Program-made: the position numbers and the translations under genes
The notes under the pieces: model-generated
The model's database searches: none
The model's input: only the letters and a program-made list of their open reading frames with translations
Told to the model about the DNA's origin: nothing
Shown: positions 35,925 to 44,703 of the stretch, piece after piece
How the letters are laid out: each line of letters opens with the position of its first letter
Numbering within the stretch: the first letter of the stretch is position 1
Virus record (IMG/VR): IMGVR_UViG_3300018917_000003
From: a virus
Strand: one strand, 5' to 3'
DNA: 64,000 nt

Positions 35925-36266
35925 TTAAGCTTGTTCAACCTGTGGCGGCAACATCCCAGAATTTTCAACGGGTTCTGGGACTTCTGGCGGCGCTGTAATT
36001 TGTTCGTAGCGTTTCTGCCCGATTCGGGTCTGGATTATAGTCATCGCCGCCTCCAGCTCTGGATCATTTTCGCAATCAAAAATTAAAGCTTGAACATTCC
36101 ATGTTTCAGAAAGCTTTTCCTCGCCTAAGTGTATGGATGTCACGAAATATGCTTCCATCCGCATTTTAGTAACATCTTCTTTAGCTTCTAAAAGATTAAG
36201 AATTTGAAATCTTTCAGCAACATCTCTACGCATTGTTCCATTAGAGTTTGAAATGTCGATTGCCAT
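35925..36266 (-). CDS. Hypothetical protein downstream of the tail fibre (possible fibre chaperone, from position only)
   Basis: 113-aa ORF, 7 nt after the tail fibre stop. Confidence 0.5.
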   Translation of the reverse strand: MAIDISNSNGTMRRDVAERFQILNLLEAKEDVTKMRMEAYFVTSIHLGEEKLSETWNVQALIFDCENDPELEAAMTIIQTRIGQKRYEQITAPPEVPEPVENSGMLPPQVEQA

Positions 36267-36272
36267 TTTAGA

Positions 36273-39200
36273 TTAAGCTATGTAAGTTACAATAAGTTTA
36301 CCAGGTCTGTTGCCCATACTGGCAACAGCGTCAGGGTGCAGACTTATATAAGCCGTACCCATATACGTGTACAGACTCCAAAGTTTAGTGTTCCCGTAAA
36401 AAGAGCCGCCATAATGATTAGGTTGAAACCAATCTGTTGTTGTGGCATTTATCAATCCAGTCAATCTTACTATTTTGTCCATTGCAGGAAGTCCGCTAGC
36501 CAAGGGAGTATTAGCCGTATCGGTGGGGCTAGTAAACTGAATTATTTTTTCTTTTATTCCTGTATTATTATCTCCTAACGAAGTAAATCCTCCAATATAT
36601 TGATTGCCCCCAACTGCTTGACCACCAGCAATTATCTGAGCGCCAGTAGTAGTAGAAGTAGATTGAGTTGTATCAGAGAAAGTTTTAGCGCCTGTAAAAG
36701 TTTGGGCAATTGCTGTAACACCTCCATTTGCAGCAGGCAAGCTGCCAGTAATATCAGTAGTTAAATCTACCGAAGCTAAGGCAATGTTTACTCCATTGCT
36801 CTTTAATAATCTATTAGCAGTTTGTGTCCCTACTAAGTTATTTAGTGCGATCTGTTTGTTCGACAAATTACTTAAATTTCCTGCGCTATTTAAAAGGATT
36901 TGCGTAGCGTTAGCGCTATCTTTGAATTCTAAATTATTGATATTTCTCCAGATCATTCCGACTGCCGTACCTACAATACTCGGCAATACTAAAGCACTTC
37001 CAGTAGTAACCGTTCCCGTAAAAGTTGGTGATGCCAAAGGAGCTTTTAAACCTAAAGAATTTGCAATTGTAGTCGAAAAATTCGGGTCATTTCCCAGCGC
37101 GGTTGCTAACTCTCCCAAAGTATCGAGAACTGCGGGTGAAGAATTTATCAAACTAGCAATTGCCGTATTAACAAAAGCTGTACTTGCCGCTTGAGTCGTA
37201 TTTGTTCCTGTGGCTGCCGTAGGAACAAATGGAGTTCCGGTGAAAGTTGGCGACACCAAATCAGCTTTAGTAATAAGAGCTGAAGTAAGAGCAAACGTGC
37301 CGCTAGCTATCGCTTCCGGCGGCCCTGCCGTTGCTCCCCTCCCCCATAAAGTATTGGCAGGTAAAGTACCAGGAAATCCCGCTATAACGCCCCAACTTGT
37401 ACCTCCTAGCGAAAATAGAATAAAACTTTGATGTTGCACGGCTAAAGGTAAAGTCGTCGCCCCGTTGATTAAGTCTGTGCCGGATCTAGAAATAGTGACT
37501 AAATTGGCGGAGGCGTCTGATTTACGGATTTGCACGGCCCAACCGCTTCCGACGGTTGCAGCAGCAGGCAAGGTTATTGTAATTGCCGCCGATGTAGCAT
37601 TGACATCAATTAATTGGCGCTGATTAGCAGTTGTGAGCGTTGTGTTTGCCGAAACCGCTAAATACCCAAAAACGGCAATAGGGTCTGTGCCGCCAACGTT
37701 GTGAGTGCTGGCGTGAGAAGTCGGAGTTCGCGCATTGGAGTAAGCTGAATCCGCTGCATCCCGAATTTGTCCGGTACTGTTTCCGATAGTCCGTAACGCT
37801 GCTGCACCAAGTCCAAGAGTTGTTCTAGCTTCACCTTGAGTTGCATCATCAAGAAGCGTCCGGATAAAAGCACCTAATTGTACAATTGCAGCGCTACCGC
37901 CCGCTGTTCTCTCAATTAATCCAGCCGTTGACAGCAGCTCGATCGCCTGAATAATAGGTGAAGTGTTTGACTCGAATAAAGATTTACGATAAGCAGGTAT
38001 GCAGCCATCAGCGGTAGATTGCCGAATTCGAGTGCATTGCGTTCCCGACAGAAATGAGTAAGCGATCGCGACCTGATAAGTCCCGATTGGCAAACTTCCA
38101 CCAATAGCAGCCCCCAAAACCGTGGGCGGATCGAACAAGCAGAAATCAGTAAACGGCGGCGCTGTAGTAGCTACAACTACTGTAGTATTTGTCAAATCCG
38201 TAAGAGTAAATACTTGCGTAGTACCAATCACTACTGGCTGAGGTGAATTAAGTCGATAAATTGTCGATCCTTGTTTGATGTAAATCCGAACTTGCGGTGG
38301 ATTAAAATAAGCTTGAGTGTTGCCAGCAATTTCAGGAATCCCCGATCGTACCATCCCAAAAGCGCCGCTAACCGGGTATGTTGCCGTGATAGAGATTCCC
38401 CCAACAGCCCCCAACACAATATTGTTACTCCAGCCTGACGCGACTGATTCGCCAATACCAAAGTCAAACAAAGCGAGTAAAGCCTCACCCCCTGAAAGTG
38501 CCGTTACCCCAGCAACACCGCGCACTACAGCACGACCATCTTGAGTCATTGCTAATTGTTGATTTAGGGTATTTGGGGTAATTTGCGCGATTGTTTGTTT
38601 TGGTTGTAGCGCCGATTCGTGACCGCGCACCACAAATAATCCTGGCAGTACATTCAATGTTCCGTCGCCGGGAACTACGCGACCAAAATCAGCAATAGGC
38701 GCAACAAATCCCCCGACACTTGTTTCAAAAATCGAAGCTAGCGGAACTCTAGTGCCACCTTGAGGTAACAGGATGGGGACAATCGAAATTACACTACCTT
38801 GTACCAGTGGCGGGTAAATTTCAGACGCTCGAAATCTGGGGAATATTTTAAATACTGCTTTTTGGCTTCCCGGTAAAGTTTTGGATATTGCCAAGAATCC
38901 TGTTTCGGCGTTTGTCTGGGTCATGTCAACGCCGATACCAGTCATGCTTGCGCCGTCGCTCAATCCAGAAGCGATATCTAGAACTCCGGTTGCGGGATTG
39001 TAGAAGCCCAAAAATCTCACAACAATCCGCCGATCGAACAGCGTTGTTGCCGGAAATCCATCAACTTGAATATTCAATCCAAACCGAGAACCCGCTAAAA
39101 TATTTTCTCCAGTATCAGAACCGAAAAACACGGTTAGCCCTTTTGCGTTCGCAACTACTGAATCCGTATTGTCGGCGGCTGCATAGTTTGTGCCAAATAA

Positions 39201-39902
39201 TAAGTTTTGCGCCAGAAACTCTTCATCAACAGCGACAAGCGGACGGCAAGCGCCAGTATCTCCAGAGATGTCCCCGCCGATAGGGAATAAGCCAAAATTC
39301 GGATTGCCAAATCGAACCCAATACTCACCGGGCGATCTCTCAACAGCTTTGTCGCCGTCAACAGCGTGGCGGAAATAGGGAGAATTTGGATCGGTAATTA
39401 ACCACGGATAGTAGATATAGTAAGAAGCGCCGCTGGCGACTCCCCCGCTTACTAAGCGCACCATGCCGGGAACCAAGCTAAGGCCCGTAGGTAATCCGGC
39501 TGGTAGGCTGACGGCGGCGGGTGGCACGACTAATTGCTCATCGCGGCTGAAAACGATCGGAGCTGCTGTAGCAAAAGCATCCGAGTCTGCCTGAAACAAA
39601 CGCCAGAAACCTACAACCCAAGCATCATCCAGTATCGTGGTAAGGGATGCAACAATAAAACAGTATTTATAGCCAGTAGCAGCGTCCCGGTTGACTTCAG
39701 AAAAGCTGATAGAAATACGTCCCCCGGCTGGAGCGGTAACAGTGACGGCAGGCGACGGTAGCGATACCCCTGCCTCATTCATGAGGTAAAGCCAAAACGT
39801 TCGAGTTTGGGGAACAGAAAACGTGCCGCCTGTTGTCGCTGTCGTTACATTGCTACTTGTAAAAGCCGGACTGTATCGCCCACTGCCATATTCTGCGGTC
39901 AT
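36273..39902 (-). CDS. Tail fibre protein (1209 aa)
   Basis: The C-terminal third contains repeated phage-fibre motifs: LVSPTFTGTPFVPTAATGTNTTQAASTAFVNTAI, APLASPTFTGTVTT, LDTLGELATALGNDPNF. Confidence 0.8.
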   Translation of the reverse strand: MTAEYGSGRYSPAFTSSNVTTATTGGTFSVPQTRTFWLYLMNEAGVSLPSPAVTVTAPAGGRISISFSEVNRDAATGYKYCFIVASLTTILDDAWVVGFWRLFQADSDAFATAAPIVFSRDEQLVVPPAAVSLPAGLPTGLSLVPGMVRLVSGGVASGASYYIYYPWLITDPNSPYFRHAVDGDKAVERSPGEYWVRFGNPNFGLFPIGGDISGDTGACRPLVAVDEEFLAQNLLFGTNYAAADNTDSVVANAKGLTVFFGSDTGENILAGSRFGLNIQVDGFPATTLFDRRIVVRFLGFYNPATGVLDIASGLSDGASMTGIGVDMTQTNAETGFLAISKTLPGSQKAVFKIFPRFRASEIYPPLVQGSVISIVPILLPQGGTRVPLASIFETSVGGFVAPIADFGRVVPGDGTLNVLPGLFVVRGHESALQPKQTIAQITPNTLNQQLAMTQDGRAVVRGVAGVTALSGGEALLALFDFGIGESVASGWSNNIVLGAVGGISITATYPVSGAFGMVRSGIPEIAGNTQAYFNPPQVRIYIKQGSTIYRLNSPQPVVIGTTQVFTLTDLTNTTVVVATTAPPFTDFCLFDPPTVLGAAIGGSLPIGTYQVAIAYSFLSGTQCTRIRQSTADGCIPAYRKSLFESNTSPIIQAIELLSTAGLIERTAGGSAAIVQLGAFIRTLLDDATQGEARTTLGLGAAALRTIGNSTGQIRDAADSAYSNARTPTSHASTHNVGGTDPIAVFGYLAVSANTTLTTANQRQLIDVNATSAAITITLPAAATVGSGWAVQIRKSDASANLVTISRSGTDLINGATTLPLAVQHQSFILFSLGGTSWGVIAGFPGTLPANTLWGRGATAGPPEAIASGTFALTSALITKADLVSPTFTGTPFVPTAATGTNTTQAASTAFVNTAIASLINSSPAVLDTLGELATALGNDPNFSTTIANSLGLKAPLASPTFTGTVTTGSALVLPSIVGTAVGMIWRNINNLEFKDSANATQILLNSAGNLSNLSNKQIALNNLVGTQTANRLLKSNGVNIALASVDLTTDITGSLPAANGGVTAIAQTFTGAKTFSDTTQSTSTTTGAQIIAGGQAVGGNQYIGGFTSLGDNNTGIKEKIIQFTSPTDTANTPLASGLPAMDKIVRLTGLINATTTDWFQPNHYGGSFYGNTKLWSLYTYMGTAYISLHPDAVASMGNRPGKLIVTYIA

Positions 39903-39925
39903 AAATGTTTAAAATAATTTGAGAT

Positions 39926-40096
39926 TCAAAACCCGCGTCCGGTGCTGGAGTCGGCAGTAGATGAAGAAAGTCGAATAAAAAATTCGCCTCCATTTTTTGA
40001 CTGCACTCGGACACCTTCTTGATTTTTGGTTATTTTTTTTAATGCAGCGGTGAGAGCATTTGCTAAATCCTTAGATACTCGGCTTGTATTTTGCAT
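39926..40096 (-). CDS. Possible small protein (56 aa) between the two large tail genes
   Basis: My own translation gives MQNTSRVSKDLANALTAALKKITKNQEGVRVQSKNGGEFFIRLSSSTADSSTGRGF. It is below the ORF-track length cut-off. Confidence 0.3.
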   Translation of the reverse strand: MQNTSRVSKDLANALTAALKKITKNQEGVRVQSKNGGEFFIRLSSSTADSSTGRGF

Positions 40097-40136
40097 TGAC
40101 GTTTAGCTTTTTCTTTAAGTATACCTGCTAGCAGAA

Positions 40137-42866
40137 TTATTTCGAGTTTATCCTTGACTGCTGGCTGCTCTGGGTAATGGTTCCAATATCGTTCAAATCG
40201 CGCAATTGAAAGCGACTGACATCTTGTTTAGGATCGAGTTTGTTGGCTGATGGGTCAAGCTCAGACGATCGGACAAACCCCACTGGCAACTCCGCACCTA
40301 CTTGTAGGGATGTTCCCGGTGACTGTAAATAATTTTTACCATTAACAAAACCCTTGATAGTAACAGTATTGCTCACTCCAAAAATTCGACGCTTGCGAAC
40401 TTCACCGTTGCAAACATAGGTAATTCGATCGCCCGATCTCATCTGCGGATTGTACCAAACGAGCAAATCTTCATGCACCGAATTTTGCGCGTCGGCAATT
40501 TTAAATTCTGTCTCAGCCGCTAAATAGGTTTCAGATTTTGTAGCAGCGTGGGGGAACGATAACCCGCTACTTTCTAGCTGTTGTCTAAATTTCTTATTCC
40601 CTTTGGGCGGTAAGTGTACTGTCTCTACAAAATAACGTCGCTTCCCCCGTTCTGGGTTTTGCTCGTTCGGATCGACAGAATTACTGCGAGGTTCGATTCG
40701 CTCCCACACAGATGGCAACTGCGTAGCAGCGCCGGGGCGACCGTTGTTGGTTGAGGTTGTTTGCTCAGAAAGTTGGCTATTGAAGTTAACGCCGCCTGCT
40801 ACGGCTTTTTTTTCGATCGACAGAAACCGATCCTCGTCTTTGGTAGCCCGCGCCTGATTAAAATCTGCCATCGTTTCCCCGGGCGGCAGATTGACAGAAC
40901 CCAGCCACTTGGGAGTCTTTACCGAAGTTATTTTTATTTCGGAAAAATTCAACTCTTCAGAACCAGCAAATAATGGTGGGTATTCTGGTTTGATATCTGC
41001 GGGGGCGGCTGTTAAATTGTCGTTCCTGATTTTGATATTTCGCGGATCTTCAGTTTCTGAAAAAGACGCTGAATAACGCTGCTGTTTCCGAACAAAGCGC
41101 GGGTCTATCCATTTGCCATCCCCAATGTTGTCGATTCGTCTGTACGTCTTTTCGCCCGTTGGCGAACACACTTCTTGTAACTCAAAATCTGGCAATTCTA
41201 CATCACCGTAGTGTGCGTTGTACGGCGACAAAATATTTTCCTCAACTTCATAAATTTGAATCCGCTTAGGGAGATAACAAGTAAGCGAAGCTTGCTTAAA
41301 AGCAGTATCTGTTGCCGTGTCGCCCGTTTTAGGCTGAAATTTGATGGTAGCAAAATCTTCGCTGGGATTTGAATCTTCGTTAGAGATATCGCTAATCCCT
41401 TCGGTTTGGTGTACCGCAGTTCGCCAGCCAGTTGTTACTGATCGAAGTCGCCAACCTTCATCGTCATATTCTACCGTCTCAGTCGTGTCCTCAATAATTC
41501 CCCAGAAACCCAGCGGGTTAACTCCAGTCACTTTTTTGCTGGTTGCATTGTACAAATCAATCCCACGGATACCGCGAAAACCATATTTGAGCGTCTGCTT
41601 TTTCAAGGGCATTCCGTCAACCGTTGTAATCTTTTCGTTCGTCTTGACATAGTTACTACCACTTTCATAAAAATTAATCGAAGTGGTTTTAACCAATCCT
41701 AATCCCGACGGCGGCGACGAAGCATTTGGATCTGACTCTGTTGTCTCCTCTTTTCTAGTACGCCTCCGCCAACTAGCACCATCAGCCCCGCTATTCGCTA
41801 GTTGGTTTTTCTCGTCTGGGTTGACATAAAATCTGCTAATTTTTGTAGTTTCACCAGCTCGTTTTGTCTCCAATTTGCTGTCATCTAAAAACAGTCCCGT
41901 GAGTTCTGCTTTGGGGAAGTAGTGTTCCGAGTGCAGGTACTTTGTTAAATCTTCCTGCACCAGTGGCATTGTACCGAACGGCGGTATTGAATCGGGGATT
42001 TGCTCCCCCAGCGGTAAGAAGTGAAAAGGTCGAGATGATAAATCGGTCGATCGGCGCAATTCCCCAGAAAAAGTTCGGGTCACTTCCTTGAGCAAATCAC
42101 CCTCGGGAACGTTCCAAATCGGGGTGCTATTCCACTTTCTAGTCCGAATCTGTCGCGGTTCCGACAGCACTTTAAAGCTGCCGTTTTGCCTCAGCCGCGC
42201 GTCTAACTCGGTCATAAAATTGGTGGTAGTGTCGGGCCCCGCGTCGTTAGGAACCGTAACTTTACCGGGAAACCCTGAGTAACTGCCGCCCGATCGAACG
42301 GCTATCTGTGCCAAACTCAGTGTTTGCGATCGCATCCGCACATCTCTAGATTTATTTGCCGTCGGATCGCACCGTTCCCCCGTTTCTGTATTATCGAAAT
42401 CTTTGAGAACCAATGGCACGTCATCTGATGCCCAACCATGAGCGCCAGACAGCGATACAGACACAACAATGATCGGGCCCAATGATTTACTTCGAGGCAC
42501 TTCTATCATCCGCAGATCGCTTACCCGAAAGCCTATGCCAAACAGTTCGATCGGAACTCCAACGTGCAGCAGTTGACATACTAGATATCGGTTTTCCCAA
42601 CCAGTCTTAAAGTCGATTGAGCCGCTGGGTTCTGACTCAAAAGTTTCTGACCAAGATATTGTACCCGCCAGAATTGGGACTAAATTAAGAAATTGCGGGT
42701 ATGGTTCCGGCACATAATTAGTGCGGAGAATCTTTTTAGAACCCAAAATTCGGATACTTGAACCGATGGGCGGCGGTGGTGCGGTGAGTAGATTTCCCGG
42801 TGCTGCTATTGGCAAGCCTCCGGGTGTTGTAGGAGAATAGGTATAATTTGAGCGAGCTGTAACCAT
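40137..42866 (-). CDS. Large tail/baseplate-associated protein (909 aa)
   Basis: Large ORF heading the minus-strand tail fibre block. Call from size and position only. Confidence 0.55.
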   Translation of the reverse strand: MVTARSNYTYSPTTPGGLPIAAPGNLLTAPPPPIGSSIRILGSKKILRTNYVPEPYPQFLNLVPILAGTISWSETFESEPSGSIDFKTGWENRYLVCQLLHVGVPIELFGIGFRVSDLRMIEVPRSKSLGPIIVVSVSLSGAHGWASDDVPLVLKDFDNTETGERCDPTANKSRDVRMRSQTLSLAQIAVRSGGSYSGFPGKVTVPNDAGPDTTTNFMTELDARLRQNGSFKVLSEPRQIRTRKWNSTPIWNVPEGDLLKEVTRTFSGELRRSTDLSSRPFHFLPLGEQIPDSIPPFGTMPLVQEDLTKYLHSEHYFPKAELTGLFLDDSKLETKRAGETTKISRFYVNPDEKNQLANSGADGASWRRRTRKEETTESDPNASSPPSGLGLVKTTSINFYESGSNYVKTNEKITTVDGMPLKKQTLKYGFRGIRGIDLYNATSKKVTGVNPLGFWGIIEDTTETVEYDDEGWRLRSVTTGWRTAVHQTEGISDISNEDSNPSEDFATIKFQPKTGDTATDTAFKQASLTCYLPKRIQIYEVEENILSPYNAHYGDVELPDFELQEVCSPTGEKTYRRIDNIGDGKWIDPRFVRKQQRYSASFSETEDPRNIKIRNDNLTAAPADIKPEYPPLFAGSEELNFSEIKITSVKTPKWLGSVNLPPGETMADFNQARATKDEDRFLSIEKKAVAGGVNFNSQLSEQTTSTNNGRPGAATQLPSVWERIEPRSNSVDPNEQNPERGKRRYFVETVHLPPKGNKKFRQQLESSGLSFPHAATKSETYLAAETEFKIADAQNSVHEDLLVWYNPQMRSGDRITYVCNGEVRKRRIFGVSNTVTIKGFVNGKNYLQSPGTSLQVGAELPVGFVRSSELDPSANKLDPKQDVSRFQLRDLNDIGTITQSSQQSRINSK

Positions 42867-42867
42867 A

Positions 42868-43200
42868 TTGTTTACTATTTATAATCGAAAGCTAAAAACG
42901 GAACCGACGCCGTTTCAATCCTTGGGGGCTATCGTCTGTCGGGTGTTCAATCCAATTTTGCCACAGCACCGAGCGCGGTTGTGTATTTTGGATTATGGAA
43001 GCGGGCAGGCTATCGAGCAAAATACTCCGTTGGTTGTTAATAATGGTTTTGCTACCATCAGCGCGCCGGAGTTTTCGCGGGTGGATTATGTGGAGATTGG
43101 CGGCGATGTGTATCAAGAAGCTGAAGACTACACCGAACTGTTACCGGGTGAGTACGTTTACAATGCTCAAACTGAAATATTAACAATTAGGATTTATTAG
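42868..43200 (+). CDS. Hypothetical protein
   Basis: 110-aa ORF divergent from 40137-42866. No motif. Confidence 0.45.
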   Translation: MFTIYNRKLKTEPTPFQSLGAIVCRVFNPILPQHRARLCILDYGSGQAIEQNTPLVVNNGFATISAPEFSRVDYVEIGGDVYQEAEDYTELLPGEYVYNAQTEILTIRIY

Positions 43201-43255
43201 ACACAAAAATAGCTAGGAAAAACAAGTCTCTAGCTATTGACAATTAATATTCCAC

Positions 43256-43669
43256 TTAAATGGACACTCTTGTTATAGATTGCGATTCTAAAGTTACTTT
43301 CTTCGCGCGAATTTCAAACGTCTCTGACAATCCCTCGCCAGCAACAATTAGATAGAATTGTGCAGCAACTGAAGCTAACCTAGAATTTTTCACTAGCAAT
43401 GCGGCTTTCTCTACCGAGAATGGGTATGTCGTATACGATTGTTTTTGTCCTACTAATCCAGAAAGAAAAGAGAAAAAATTAGCATCTAAAACAAGAGAAA
43501 AAACCTGCCTACTATCAGCATCAGAGGAGAATATTTCCTCAGATGCGCTAACCAGCAATAAAGCCTTTGTATTCTTGGGGGCGGACAATTCTATGTTTAC
43601 GCAACGATTAGGAATGTCAGTTAAAAAAGATCCAATAAGAGATGAATCGCTGTGTGATAAAACGTCCAT
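43256..43669 (-). CDS. Hypothetical protein
   Basis: 137-aa ORF. No motif. Confidence 0.45.
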   Translation of the reverse strand: MDVLSHSDSSLIGSFLTDIPNRCVNIELSAPKNTKALLLVSASEEIFSSDADSRQVFSLVLDANFFSFLSGLVGQKQSYTTYPFSVEKAALLVKNSRLASVAAQFYLIVAGEGLSETFEIRAKKVTLESQSITRVSI

Positions 43670-43721
43670 AGGTGAATTACTTAAATTGTTAGGTCACAAA
43701 ACTCAAAAATCAAAGGATTAC

Positions 43722-43742
43722 AAAACCCGGATTGCTCCGGGC
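43722..43742 (-). terminator. Intrinsic terminator downstream of the KilA-N gene
   Basis: CCCGGA-GCAA-TCCGGG hairpin followed by TTTTG on the minus strand. Confidence 0.6.
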
Positions 43743-43793
43743 TAAGTAGCTCTCATGCGAGAGTTAGAATTTAGCGCAAGAGCTGATTTTAGA

Positions 43794-44600
43794 TTACATC
43801 AAACCCCGTAGCACCTCGACAATCGACTCCTGCCATTTGGTGTGTTGGTAACTGGTATTATCTCGCCCTTTCCCGGTCGCGAGCGTGTTACTAGAAAACC
43901 GCTCGCCTAACTCTGTTGGTAAGTAAGCGGGTTCAGTCTTGGACTTGCCAATGTTTTTCACCTGATAGCCGTTCTCGGTCAGCAGGGCATTAATTACCCG
44001 CGCCGATACTCCCAATCGTTCGCCAATTGCGGTCGGTGTTAGCAACACTTCGGGTATAGGGTTGGCGGCGGCAAGTAAACTATGTGCGGCGTTGATAGTA
44101 TCCTTTAGTTCTGGGTGGTGTATTTGGAGTTGATTTAACAGGAAGCCATCAACTAGCGCTTCTGGGACACTTGAAAGCAGCATTTTGAGGGGGCTTAGCA
44201 TTGCAGTCGTTTCTGCTACCGATGCGCCTAGCTTTTTCGGTTCCTGTTGCGGGGCGGGGGCGATCTCTACAACTCCCTCTGTAATCAACGTCCGAATCTG
44301 TTGAGTTACCCAAATCTCAAATTCAACGTTGCACCACATAGCAAATTTTATTGCTACTTCCTCAACAGCCCAAGTCCCTTGCGCTTCAGGTATTCCACCT
44401 TGCACAGTTTCCGTTATCCTGATCTGGAGAACGGATTCAAGCTTGTCCAAGTATTCAACCGTCCCGTCTAACCGAGTCCAATGTCCAACTTGCTTTCCCG
44501 TCGCTTTAGCCATGTCTGTCAACGAGACCCAGACGCGATCACCCCGGCGCTCAAACCGAATATTCTTGCCAGTGAAATCTAAAACTGTTAAACTTTCCAT
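43794..44600 (-). CDS. KilA-N domain DNA-binding protein
   Basis: FTGKNIRFERRGDRVWVSLTDMAKATGKQVGHWTRL...GTWAVEEVAIKFAMWCNVEFEIWV is the classical KilA-N pattern. Confidence 0.75.
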   Translation of the reverse strand: MESLTVLDFTGKNIRFERRGDRVWVSLTDMAKATGKQVGHWTRLDGTVEYLDKLESVLQIRITETVQGGIPEAQGTWAVEEVAIKFAMWCNVEFEIWVTQQIRTLITEGVVEIAPAPQQEPKKLGASVAETTAMLSPLKMLLSSVPEALVDGFLLNQLQIHHPELKDTINAAHSLLAAANPIPEVLLTPTAIGERLGVSARVINALLTENGYQVKNIGKSKTEPAYLPTELGERFSSNTLATGKGRDNTSYQHTKWQESIVEVLRGLM

Positions 44601-44703
44601 TGTTCGCCTAATTTAGGTAGGTGGACTGCCGATGACAAACGGGATATTTGCGTATCCCGATCGGCTCAATTAATTATACCACGATCGCCCCTCCCGACAA
44701 ACC

